39,673 bases of DNA. It comes from Myxococcales bacterium (GTDB taxonomy: Bacteria > Myxococcota > Myxococcia > Myxococcales > Anaeromyxobacteraceae). The translations under genes were made by a program, and so were the position numbers. This document shows positions 8,690 through 18,650 of the stretch, piece after piece. Location of the stretch: assembly GCA_038320275.1 (NCBI GenBank), contig JBBQEB010000013.1:1-39673 (forward strand). The letters run 5' to 3'. The notes below the pieces were generated by a model. It was not told the DNA's origin, searched no databases, and worked only from the letters and a program-made list of their open reading frames with translations. Within the stretch, counting starts at the first letter, position 1, and each line of letters begins with the position of its first letter.

Positions 8690-8980
8690 CACGGTCCGGC
8701 GGTACCTGGCGGCGAAAGCCCGGGGCGTCGAGCAGGAGCACGGCCTTGCCGCGCTCGACGATGAGTTGGTGGCGGCGGTGGTCGCGGCGACGCAGCCCGG
8801 GCCGGCCGGCCACGTGGCGAGGGCTAGGCGGTCTGCGAGGCGCACCGGGAGCTCATCGAGCGGGAACTCCGCCAGCCGCCAGTCGTGCGCCGAGGGTGCA
8901 CGCTGTTCCGTTCTGGGCTCCGCCTAGCTGGGTGAACCAGGCAGCGGCTGCCCCCGAGCAGGCTTCGGCGTCTCGTCAAT
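8690..8980 (-). pseudogene. Inactivated paralog of the 1-327 gene
   Basis: Gap-free alignment, 25/42 identical residues: (I)DETPKPARGQPLPGSPS*AEPRTEQRAPSAHDWRLAEFPLD vs MEKTPKPAGAQPATGSPTKREPAAEPARPSAFDWRLAEFPDD; ATT instead of ATG at 8980, TAG at 8924-8926; left boundary approximate. Confidence 0.75.
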
Positions 8981-9075
8981 GGCCACCCCCCGCAGCGTCC
9001 TTCTAGCTCCGAGGGTGAAACCTAACCCGGGGATCGGACGGGGACAGCACGGTTGCGCGCCGGGGGGGGGGTGCC

Positions 9076-9897
9076 TCACCGCGGTTCCGGGAGCCGCACC
9101 TCCGGAAACGCTCCCCGAATCGAGCCCTCGTGAAAGACGACGCGCCCGGCGGACAGCTCTCGAGGAAGAAGCGTGGCTGGTACCGATGCGAGTCGCCCCT
9201 CGTGGTCAAGCACGCACCTTCCCACCTCCTGCGCGGGAAGGGCCTCGACCAGCTCCCGCGCTTCATCGATGGCGGCGTGCCATCGGGCGGAAACGTCGCT
9301 CGCCCGGGGAGCCGGTCCCTCGAAGTCGAGGGCATCGAGCTCGCCCTGGACGTATCGCGTACGGGCGCATTCCTCGACGATGCGCTGTGGTGAGAACCCC
9401 GGATCCTTCCCCGCGGCCGCCCACGCCAGGTAGCCGAGGGGCTGCACCGTCTGGTGGCACCGCACGATGTCGAGCCAGTCGCGCGCCTCCCGGCGGCCCA
9501 CGACCGCGAGCAACTTGTTGGTGGCGAGATCCAGGGGATGGAGGGTGAGGCCGAAGATGTCGTGTTCGACGAGCGGAAAGAAGCGGAAGGCGCTGTCGCG
9601 CACCCACTGGAGCAGCACGCTCTCGGCCGGGTCGCTCACGCGCGCCTCGATGAAGGCCTGCAGCTCCCGGAGAGGGTGGACGCGAAGGCCAACTGCCTCG
9701 AGCGCGGCGCGGTCGCGCGCCCAGGTCGCAACCAGCGCGGATTCGCTGTCGTGAAACAGATCGACGTCCCGAGACTTGCGAGCGCCAGCGGTGAGCTCGT
9801 TGAGCGCGACGCCGCCCGCGACGTAGCTCTCGCCGGACGCTCTTCTCCCGTCCGCTAGGAGCAGGCAGACGCGGCGCTGGAGCGCGCTGAGAGCCAT
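9076..9897 (-). CDS. Nucleotidyltransferase, AbiEii/DUF1814-like (type IV TA toxin candidate)
   Basis: YVAGGVALNELTAGARKSRDVDLF (GG...R-S-DVD catalytic motif) and DLATNKLLAVVGRREARDWLD. Confidence 0.8.
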   Translation of the reverse strand: MALSALQRRVCLLLADGRRASGESYVAGGVALNELTAGARKSRDVDLFHDSESALVATWARDRAALEAVGLRVHPLRELQAFIEARVSDPAESVLLQWVRDSAFRFFPLVEHDIFGLTLHPLDLATNKLLAVVGRREARDWLDIVRCHQTVQPLGYLAWAAAGKDPGFSPQRIVEECARTRYVQGELDALDFEGPAPRASDVSARWHAAIDEARELVEALPAQEVGRCVLDHEGRLASVPATLLPRELSAGRVVFHEGSIRGAFPEVRLPEPR

Positions 9898-10088
9898 TCT
9901 TGGAGCCTCGCCGCCCGCTTGAACTGCTCGAGGTCACAGTGCTTCTGGATCGCGTGCAGAACGCGCATCCGCTCCTCGTCCGTCCCAGGGTAGTAGTCGA
10001 GCTTCAGGAACCACAGCGACACGGCCCGGCATTCGTCCACGAGCGCGTCGATGGCTCGAACGATTTCCTCGGCGGAGGCGGGAACCAT
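9855..10088 (-). CDS. Small protein (77 aa), probable partner/antitoxin of the AbiEii-like gene
   Basis: MVPASAEEIVRAIDALVDECRAVSLWFLKLDYYPGTDEERMRVLHAIQKHCDLEQFKRAARLQEWL...; 3' end overlaps the toxin start by 43 nt. Confidence 0.65.
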   Translation of the reverse strand: MVPASAEEIVRAIDALVDECRAVSLWFLKLDYYPGTDEERMRVLHAIQKHCDLEQFKRAARLQEWLSARSSAASACS

Positions 10089-10274
10089 GGCGGCAGGAGG
10101 CTTGATGTCCGCGAGTCTACCGCCGCGGGTTCGACTTCGCACCCGGCCGATATTTGGAGGGATCACGATCGGGTGAGGCCTGCACTTCGTCTCGACTCTC
10201 AGGAGTGCCCGGTGCCGGTGCGTATGAGGGCCACCGTCAGCCGGACCCGCTGCTCCCAAGCTCAGGCGCCGACC

Positions 10275-11000
10275 CTGAAGGATCCCCTCATCGGGCAGGG
10301 GCAAGCTCTTGAAATCATTTAGCGAGGGGATCAACGTGCCGCCTCGTGAGCGACCATCCCCTCGACCGCGACCGCCTGAAGGGTCTCGTTTCCACCATCT
10401 TCGCCGACGACCTGCACGCCAAGCGGGTCGCGTCGCTGGCCAACGCAACGGTGGGGGTGTTGGAGGGCGCGGCGCTGGGTGTACACGCCATCGGTCGCGC
10501 GCTGGCAGTCTCCGCTGGGCTGAAGTCTCGCCACGCGGTGAAGCAGGTCGACCGGTTTTCAGGAACAGCGCCATCGACCCGTGGCGGCTGTTCGCGAGTT
10601 GGGTGCCGTTCGTGGTGGGCGACCGGAGCGAGATCGTGGTGGCCCTCGATTGGACGGACTTCGACGCCGACGACCAGTCCACGTTGGTGCTGTCGATGGT
10701 CACGAGCCACGGACGAGCCACGCCGCTGCTCTGGAAGTCCGTCGTGAAGTCCGAGATGAATGGCTGGCGCAACGAGCACGAAGACGTCTTGCTCCAGAGG
10801 TCCCGCGAGGTCCTCCCAGAGGGCGTGAAGGTAACGGTGTTGGCGGACCGCGGCTTCGGTGACCAAGCGCTCTACGAACTGCTGAAGGACCAACTCGGGT
10901 TCGACTTCGTCGTGCGCTTCCGGGGCGTGGTGAAGGTGGCGAGGGGAAGGTGAGGTCAGGCCAGCCAAGGACTGGGTCCCGCCGAATGGCCGCCCGAGGA
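10275..11000 (+). mobile_element. IS4-family transposase remnant (frameshifted, truncated)
   Basis: LHAKRVASLANAT...KHAVKQVDR-like N-terminus, then after a frameshift near 10560 VALDWTDFDADDQSTL...GRATPLLWKS...LADRGFGD (first two DDE aspartates); second shift near 10945; no C-terminal half. CTGAAGGATCCCCTCAT at 10275 is a possible left end. Confidence 0.85.
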
Positions 11001-11160
11001 ACAAGGGTTACACTCTGTGTAGGGTGCGCATGAGATCCTCCTGGCGCAATCGACCGAGGCGGACAGAGCGTCCTGTCGCGTTCACGGAGGAGGCCTCCGA
11101 GAGTTCGACCGGGCCAGGGGTGCCGGCAACGGAAGGTGGAGCGCTGCCGCCTGAGCGAAG

Positions 11161-11191
11161 GACGGGCACCCGGAGAACCCAGGTGCCCGTC
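11161..11191 (-). terminator. Hairpin directly downstream of the tRNA operon
   Basis: GACGGGCACC...GGTGCCCGTC perfect 10-bp inverted repeat; only a short T stretch follows. Confidence 0.55.
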
Positions 11192-11196
11192 ATGAG

Positions 11197-11270
11197 CGCG
11201 CCCTACTGGATTTGAACCAGTGGCCTTCGGATTCGTAGTCCGACGCTCTATCCAACTGAGCTAAGGGCGC
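11197..11270 (-). tRNA. tRNA-Arg(ACG), CCA not encoded
   Basis: GCGCCCTTAGCTCAGTTGGATAGAGCGTCGGACTACGAATCCGAAGGCCACTGGTTCAAATCCAGTAGGGCGCG. Confidence 0.97.
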
Positions 11271-11290
11271 AATCTGTCGTCCTGCGATAC

Positions 11291-11382
11291 TGGCGGAAAG
11301 GGAGGGATTCGAACCCTCGAACCAGGTTACCCCAGTTACTGGTTTAGCAAACCAGCGCCTTCGGCCTCTCGGCCACCTTTCC
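11291..11382 (-). tRNA. tRNA-Ser(GCT)
   Basis: GGAAAGGTGGCCGAGAGGCCGAAGGCGCTGGTTTGCTAAACCAG, long variable arm, GAGGGTTCGAATCCCTCCCTTTCCGCCA. Confidence 0.97.
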
Positions 11383-11486
11383 AAGACCCTGCGCTGCCGC
11401 CGCTTCGAACCCTGCCGCTGCCTGCCTGGCCCCCGCCGCGAGGCCCTCGTGCCGGCTCTTCGCCCTGCTTCCACGTCGCTTCCACC

Positions 11487-11576
11487 TGGCGGAGGAGGAA
11501 GGATTCGAACCTTCGGAGGGCTTTCACCCTCTGCGGTTTTCAAGACCGCCGCCTTCAGCCGCTCGGCCACTCCTCC
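11487..11576 (-). tRNA. tRNA-Ser(TGA)
   Basis: GGAGGAGTGGCCGAGCGGCTGAAGGCGGCGGTCTTGAAAACCGC, long variable arm, GAAGGTTCGAATCCTTCCTCCTCCGCCA. Confidence 0.97.
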
Positions 11577-11619
11577 GAATCCGCGATCCCTCGTCGCCGC
11601 CAGCCCTTCGAGACCCGCC

Positions 11620-11648
11620 CATATACGTGAGGGCTGAGCGGCGATCAA
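11620..11648 (-). promoter_or_regulatory. Putative sigma70 promoter of the tRNA operon
   Basis: TTGATC-17 nt-TATATG about 45 nt upstream of tRNA-Ser(TGA), followed by a GC-rich discriminator. Confidence 0.55.
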
Positions 11649-11756
11649 GGTGGTTCGCCGCGCCGGGGCCGGCGCTCCTCGAACCGGGGCGGCGCGGGCT
11701 TCCGCCCCACGCCGAACCAGGGCAGCGAGCGCCCTGGCCCCGTACATTCCCGCCCC

Positions 11757-12878
11757 GTGCCGCCCCACCACCTCGTCCTCGTCCCTGGCTTCTTCGGCTT
11801 CGCGAACCTGGGCGACTTTGCCTACTTCGGCCACGTGAAGGACTACCTGCTGGAGGCGGGGCCGAGGCTCGGCGTCACGGGCGAGCTGCGGGTGGTGCGC
11901 AGCGAGCCAACGGCGTCGCTCCCGCGCCGGGCGGCGCTCCTCTGCGAGACGGTGTCGAAGCTCCTCGACGATGCGCCGGGGGAGGTGAGCCTCATCGGCC
12001 ACTCGAGTGGCGGGCTCGACGCGCGGCTGCTCCTCGCGCCGGGAGTGTCGCTCCCCACCGGCGCCGACGTCGAGCGCTGCGCGGCCGCGGTCCGGTGCGC
12101 CGTCACCGTCTCCACGCCGCACCAGGGCACGCCGCTGGCGCACCTCTTCGCGAGCCTGCTCGGGCAGCAACTCCTGCGCCTCCTCTCGCTGGCCACCATG
12201 CACACGCTGCGCACGGGGCGGCTGCCCCTGTCGGCGGTGCTGCGCATGGCCCGGCTGCTGCGCCGCCGCGACGCGAAGCCCACCGGCGTGCTCGACCAGC
12301 TCTTCGCGCAGCTCCTCCAGGACTTCTCCGGCAACCGCCGCCGGGCGGTGGAGGCGTTCTTCTCGGAGATCGGCACCGACCAGGAGCTGGTGGCGCAGAT
12401 CGCGCCGGGCGCGATGAGCGTCTTCAACGCCTCCACGGCCGACCGGCCCTCGGTGCGCTACGGCTGCGTGGTGTCGCGGGCGCGACCGCCGGGCCTCCGC
12501 TCGCTGGGCCGGGCGGGCTTCAGCGCCTACGGACAGGCGACGCACGCGGTCTTCGTCGGGCTCTACCGGGTGGCGGCGAGCGCGAGCGGCCACTTCCCGC
12601 GCGTGACCGCGAATCAGGCTGCGGCGCTGCGGCAGGCGTACGGCCGCGTCCCTGACGCCACCGCCAACGACGGCATCGTCCCCACCCTGAGCCAGCTCCA
12701 CGGCGAGGTGCTGGCGGCGGCCTGGGGCGACCACCATGACCTGCTCGGCCACTTTCACGGCCCCACCCACGTGCCGCCGCACTTCGACTGGGTGGCCTCG
12801 GGCTCGGGCTTCGTCCGCGAGGACTTCGAGCGGGTGTGGGGCGCGGTCGCGAGCTTCCTGGCGAGGCCGCGGGCCTAG
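11757..12878 (+). CDS. Triacylglycerol lipase-like alpha/beta hydrolase
   Basis: LVLVPGFFGF oxyanion region, GHSSGG nucleophile elbow, STPHQGTPLA, NDGIVP, DHHD. Confidence 0.9.
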   Translation: MPPHHLVLVPGFFGFANLGDFAYFGHVKDYLLEAGPRLGVTGELRVVRSEPTASLPRRAALLCETVSKLLDDAPGEVSLIGHSSGGLDARLLLAPGVSLPTGADVERCAAAVRCAVTVSTPHQGTPLAHLFASLLGQQLLRLLSLATMHTLRTGRLPLSAVLRMARLLRRRDAKPTGVLDQLFAQLLQDFSGNRRRAVEAFFSEIGTDQELVAQIAPGAMSVFNASTADRPSVRYGCVVSRARPPGLRSLGRAGFSAYGQATHAVFVGLYRVAASASGHFPRVTANQAAALRQAYGRVPDATANDGIVPTLSQLHGEVLAAAWGDHHDLLGHFHGPTHVPPHFDWVASGSGFVREDFERVWGAVASFLARPRA

Positions 12879-13002
12879 CCAACGGTGCTGCGCGCAAGGG
12901 CGCAGCGCGAGTGCCCTGCACGTCCGCACCCCCTCCGCCCGCGCGGAGGCCGTCGCTGGGCCTCGCGCGGACGCGCGGCGATGTCGTCGCCCCGGCGCGG
13001 CG

Positions 13003-13308
13003 CTACTGCGCGGTCGTGCCCTGGGTCTGCGCCTTCTCTGCCCGCTTGGCGGCCTTCTTGTTCTTGTGGTGCTGGTACAGCGCGCCGCCGGCCGCGCCGA
13101 CCGCGGCGCCCTTCTTGCCGCCCACCACCGCGCCGCCGACGCCGCCCACCGCGGCGCCCTTCAGCTTGCTGTGGTGCTTCTCGGGCTGGCCCTGCGCATT
13201 CTGGCCGGCGGGCTCGTCGGCGGCGAGCACGGGAGCGGCGGAGGTGAGGGCCAGCGCGGCGGCGACGGCCAGGGCAGGGGATGCGAGCTTCCGGGCAAAA
13301 CGGGACAT
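13003..13308 (-). CDS. Small exported glycine-zipper protein
   Basis: AGGAGG RBS; signal peptide ending APVLA; GAAVGGVGGAVVGGKKGAAVGAAGGA. Confidence 0.8.
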   Translation of the reverse strand: MSRFARKLASPALAVAAALALTSAAPVLAADEPAGQNAQGQPEKHHSKLKGAAVGGVGGAVVGGKKGAAVGAAGGALYQHHKNKKAAKRAEKAQTQGTTAQ

Positions 13309-13474
13309 GCGGAGCCTCCTCGAGGCGACAGGTGAGCTGAAATGGTGTTCACCGAGGCGGCGCCGCGCCACGCAACTCGTGCGGTCGGAGCGCCGTCACC
13401 CATCCGGTTCAGCGGCGGGTGCGGCGCGGGTCACCGGCGGAGCGAACCTCGCCGCGCCAAGACCGCACTTCAGC

Positions 13475-14848
<1,374 letters not shown>

Positions 14849-15047
14849 TCAGGGTTTCCGTCCCGCTCGCAGGGGCCCACGCGCCGCACCGCGGCGCCTT
14901 CCCTGCTTCGCGCCCCCGGCGCGGACCCGCGGGCGTTTCCTGATCATGCCCTGTCGTTTTGCGCGGGGGTGCCGCGGGGACGGGGAGGATTATGCTTTAA
15001 CTTCCGGTCGAGCAAGGGTTCTCCTCCCCGTGGCAGGACGAGAGCAC

Positions 15048-15788
15048 ATGGCGGCGCGACCCGGCGAGAGGGGCATGCCCGAGGGCAAGGACGGCGGCGA
15101 CCGCAGAGGGCTCACCGTCCTGCGCGGCGGCGGCGCCCCCGGCGGCTCGGGGAGGCCGCCGGAGCGAGCGGACAACCCGCGGGAGACCACGAGCGTCGAG
15201 CCCGCCCGCGCCGGGAATGCCACCGACGAGGCGCTCGCGCGGGCGTTCGCGAGCGGCGATGAGGGCGCCTTCGCCCAGCTGGTCGCGCGGCATGAGCGGC
15301 TTGTCCTGGCCATCGCCAGCCGGTACACCAGCGGACTCGACGACGCCCGCGATCTGGCGCAGAGGGCCTTTCTCAAGGCCTTCCAGGCTGCCCGGCGCAG
15401 CGCGTTCCTACGACGCGGCGAGGCGCCTCCCTTCCGCGCCTGGCTCCTGCGCGTCGCCGTGAACCTCGGGAAGAACCACGCGCGCGACGCTCGCCGCTGG
15501 TCGCGCGCGCCGCTCGCGGCGGTGGAGCGCGAGCGAGCGGTGGCGCCGGTGGGCAGCTCGGCGCTGGAGCGGGACGAGCGCGCCGCGGCGCTGCGGGAGG
15601 CCGTGCTCGCGCTTCCGCGCCGCCAGCGCGAGGTCCTCACGCTGCGCATCGACGCCGAGCTCGCGTTCAAGGATGTGGCCGAGGCGCTGGGGATCACCGT
15701 CAACAACGCCAAGGTGCACTTCCACAACGCGACGGTGAGGCTGCGCGCCCTCGTCGCCGCGGCCGGGGCGGGAGAGGACGCACCGTGA
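15048..15788 (+). CDS. ECF RNA polymerase sigma factor
   Basis: GDEGAFAQLVARH, DARDLAQRAFLKAF, FRAWLLRVAVN, LPRRQREVLTLR...DVAEALGITVNNAKVHFH; start uncertain. Confidence 0.92.
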   Translation: MAARPGERGMPEGKDGGDRRGLTVLRGGGAPGGSGRPPERADNPRETTSVEPARAGNATDEALARAFASGDEGAFAQLVARHERLVLAIASRYTSGLDDARDLAQRAFLKAFQAARRSAFLRRGEAPPFRAWLLRVAVNLGKNHARDARRWSRAPLAAVERERAVAPVGSSALERDERAAALREAVLALPRRQREVLTLRIDAELAFKDVAEALGITVNNAKVHFHNATVRLRALVAAAGAGEDAP

Positions 15789-16276
15789 GCCCGTGTGACA
15801 CGCTGCGGCCGGTTCTCGAGGAGCGCGCCTCCGGAGCGGTCGCCGATCCCGAGGAGGCGACCCTGCTCGGCGAGCACCTCGCCTGCTGCCCGAGCTGCCG
15901 CGCCGAGCTCGATGCCTGCGCGAGCCTCTATGCGGCGGTGCGCCTCTCGGCGTCCTCGGCGTCCCAGGCCTCCGCGGCCCGCGACCGAGCCGGGCTCGCT
16001 GCCGGAGCGCTGCGCACCTGGAAGGATCGCAGGCGCCGGCGCGTGACGGCGGCCGTGCTCGGAGCGGGCTTCGCGGCGGCCGCGGTGGCGGCGCTCATCG
16101 CGGTCGGCCCGGCCTTCGGCGCCCGTCGCATGGCTGCGTTCGCCCCGCTCCCGGTTCCCGGTGCGGCGGCCGAGCTCTCGGCCGAGGCCGGGGCGCGCGA
16201 GCCCGCCGGAGCGCCCGGTGCCCTCGAGCCGGCAGACGTCGCGTTGGCCGCGCTCGACGAGGCCGACCCGGAGTGA
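15785..16276 (+). CDS. Zinc-binding (ZAS, zf-HC2) membrane anti-sigma factor
   Basis: EHLACCPSCR (HxxxCxxC) followed by one TM helix; GTGA-coupled to the sigma gene. Confidence 0.85.
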   Translation: MSPCDTLRPVLEERASGAVADPEEATLLGEHLACCPSCRAELDACASLYAAVRLSASSASQASAARDRAGLAAGALRTWKDRRRRRVTAAVLGAGFAAAAVAALIAVGPAFGARRMAAFAPLPVPGAAAELSAEAGAREPAGAPGALEPADVALAALDEADPE

Positions 16277-16317
16277 TCCCGGCGCGACCACCTTTCACCC
16301 GGACAGGAGTCTCGACC

Positions 16318-16980
16318 ATGAAGAAGCTCACCGTCTTTCTCGCGCTGCTCCCGGCGCTCGCACTGGCTGCGCCGCAGCCCGCTCCTGGCAGACCCCCCCC
16401 GGCCAGCGACGACCTCTCGCGCATGCAGCGCACGCAGAAGCGGCTGCGGGTCGCGCGCGCGGTGGGGCTCGCCGAGGCGCTCGACCTCGACGAGGCCGGC
16501 GGGCTCCGGCTGCGGGACGCCATGGCCCGCGCCGACGATCGCCGCCTACCTCTGCAGCGGCAGGTGCGCGACGCCACCCGCGTGCTCCGCGACGCCGCGG
16601 CGGGTGATGCGCAGGCGGCGCCCGGCGTCGATGGCGCCCTCGATCGCGTGCGCGACGCCCGCACGCGCATCCAGGCCCTCGACGAGGACCTGCTGCGGCA
16701 GTTGACGCAGGGGCTCACGCCAGAGAAGAAGGCGCGGGCCGCCCTCTTCCTGGCGCGCTTCCGCGAGCGGTCGGCGCGCATGCCGGCGGCGCATCTCGCC
16801 AACCGGCGCGGCCCGGGTCCGGGCTCCATGCGGCAAGGCGGTCCCGGCCCGCATCTCCAGCGCGGCGCGATGAACGACGCGCAGCGGGATGACCAGGAGG
16901 GCGGCCCGGGGAGGGTGGCCTTCCGCGGAGAAGGCGGCGCGCAGCCTCCCTCCCTGGAGAGCTGGCTCGAGGACGAGTAA
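16318..16980 (+). CDS. Exported helical protein, Spy/CpxP-like
   Basis: AGGAG RBS; signal peptide MKKLTVFLALLPALALA; helical core with LTPEKKAR motif. Confidence 0.7.
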   Translation: MKKLTVFLALLPALALAAPQPAPGRPPPASDDLSRMQRTQKRLRVARAVGLAEALDLDEAGGLRLRDAMARADDRRLPLQRQVRDATRVLRDAAAGDAQAAPGVDGALDRVRDARTRIQALDEDLLRQLTQGLTPEKKARAALFLARFRERSARMPAAHLANRRGPGPGSMRQGGPGPHLQRGAMNDAQRDDQEGGPGRVAFRGEGGAQPPSLESWLEDE

Positions 16981-17048
16981 GGGTCGCGCAGGGGTCGCTG
17001 CCCCACGCGGGCGCTCGTCACGGACCGTCCGCGATTACATCGGGTGCC

Positions 17049-17840
17049 ATGGCGCGTCGAGCGAAGCAGCGGGTGAACGTCGAGCAGCGGCTCCCGCCTC
17101 TCTACGAGGGGCCCGAGGTCCTCACCGCGCTGCTCGAGCGCGCCGGCTGCAAGCTCACCGCGACAGAGGTCACCGAGCACTTTCGCGAGTCCCTCGGCGC
17201 CGGGCACGAGCGAAGTGACGCCATCCCCGCCCTCTTCCAGACGGAGCCGCGCTTTGGCGCGCAGGAGGACGCGCGCCGCCTGTACGGCAACCTGTTCGGC
17301 CTCTGGGCCGAGCTGCAGGCGGTGGGGGCGTCGAGCGGGGCGGGATCCCGGCGCGAGGAGCCTGCCGCGGAGGCGCCAGCGGTCCCGGAGCGCGGGTCGG
17401 TGGCGGGTGACGAATTGCCTCCGGGGCTCGTAGAGGCCGTGTGGAAACGGCTCTCGGCGCTGCCGGAGCGCGAGACGCGGCGGCTGCGCGACCGCTTCGA
17501 GCACGCCCAGCCCGACCTCGTCTCCTGGCTCGACGCGCAGCCCTTGCCCGAGTCGGGCGCGCTCGCCGCGCAGGACCTGGCCTTCGAGACGTGGTGCATG
17601 TACGACGTGGCGTTCGGTGACAGGGTGCGCGCGGTGAGCTTTGCCGGCGTGCGCGCGCTGGAAGCGGAACCGCCGCCCATGGAGACCACCCAGCCGGCGC
17701 TCGCGGCCTATGCCGCCGAGTCGTTCGACATGGTGGCGGAGGAGGACGCCGGCTTCAGCCCCGCCGATCGCGCGCAGGTCGAGCGGGCCCTCGCCACGGT
17801 CGCCGCAGCGCTGCGCGACGCGGTGGAAGAGGAGGAGTAG
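17049..17840 (+). CDS. Hypothetical protein
   Basis: 263-aa ORF with GC-ending codon bias filling the gap; no motif recognised. Confidence 0.75.
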   Translation: MARRAKQRVNVEQRLPPLYEGPEVLTALLERAGCKLTATEVTEHFRESLGAGHERSDAIPALFQTEPRFGAQEDARRLYGNLFGLWAELQAVGASSGAGSRREEPAAEAPAVPERGSVAGDELPPGLVEAVWKRLSALPERETRRLRDRFEHAQPDLVSWLDAQPLPESGALAAQDLAFETWCMYDVAFGDRVRAVSFAGVRALEAEPPPMETTQPALAAYAAESFDMVAEEDAGFSPADRAQVERALATVAAALRDAVEEEE

Positions 17841-17850
17841 GGGACCTGGC

Positions 17851-18642
17851 TCACGCCCCGAGCGCCGCGAAGAAGGTGGAGAGCGCGGTGTTGAACGCTT
17901 CCGGAGCGTCGAGATTGGAGAGGTGCCCGGCGCCAGGGATGCGCAGGAGGCGGGCGCCCTTCACGCCCTGCTGAAGCCGCTGCGCCTCTCCGAAGGGCGT
18001 GATGGCGTCCTCGTCTCCGATGACCACCAGGGTCGGGCAGGCAATGTGCGCGAGGTGCGGCACGGAATCTGGTCGCCGCGCCATCCCCCGCTGCGCGGCT
18101 GCGACGCCCTCGGGCGTACCCTCGTGGATGAGCGCCTTCACCCGCGCGACGACGGCCGCATCGGAGGTGGGCCGCAGGAGCTTGGGCGCCATGTCGTCCG
18201 CCACCCAGTCGAGCCCCTTGGCGAGGGCGTCGCCCGCGAATTTCTCCCGCACCGCCTTCGCCTCCTGCGTATCGCCGGGCGCCTTGGTGTCGCAGAGGGC
18301 GAGTCCCCGGATGAGCTCCGGTGCCCGCCGGTGCAGCTCGAGCGCCAGGTAGCCGCCCATCGAAAGGCCCGCCACCGCGGCGCGCCGGATGCCGAGCCCG
18401 CGCAGCAGCGCGACCACGTCGCCGGCCAGCAGCTCCATCGTGCTCGCCTCCGGCGCCGGACGGCTCCCGCCCAGCCCGCGGTAGTCGGGCGCGAGGACGC
18501 GAAAGCGCGCCGCCAGGGCGGCGAGCTGCGCCAACCACATGCCGGAGTGGAGGGGGAAGGCGTGCAGCAGGACGATGACGTCGTTGCCGGAGCCGGCCTC
18601 GCGATAGTGCAGGGTGGCCTCTCCGACGGTGCAGGTGGGCAT
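17851..18642 (-). CDS. Alpha/beta hydrolase (PcaD/BioH-like)
   Basis: LLHAFPLHSGMW, GLSMGG, PTLVVIGDEDAITP, GAGHLSNLD. Confidence 0.92.
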   Translation of the reverse strand: MPTCTVGEATLHYREAGSGNDVIVLLHAFPLHSGMWLAQLAALAARFRVLAPDYRGLGGSRPAPEASTMELLAGDVVALLRGLGIRRAAVAGLSMGGYLALELHRRAPELIRGLALCDTKAPGDTQEAKAVREKFAGDALAKGLDWVADDMAPKLLRPTSDAAVVARVKALIHEGTPEGVAAAQRGMARRPDSVPHLAHIACPTLVVIGDEDAITPFGEAQRLQQGVKGARLLRIPGAGHLSNLDAPEAFNTALSTFFAALGA

Positions 18643-18650
18643 GTGCACGG

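Noticed and set aside
9062..9071. G10 homopolymer as a phase-variation tract
   Set aside because: Intergenic, just past the AbiEii-like stop; only the pseudogene lies downstream.
11487..11576. tRNA with TGA as a possible tRNA-Sec
   Set aside because: Anticodon is UGA (reads UCA, Ser), not UCA; normal 7-bp acceptor stem.
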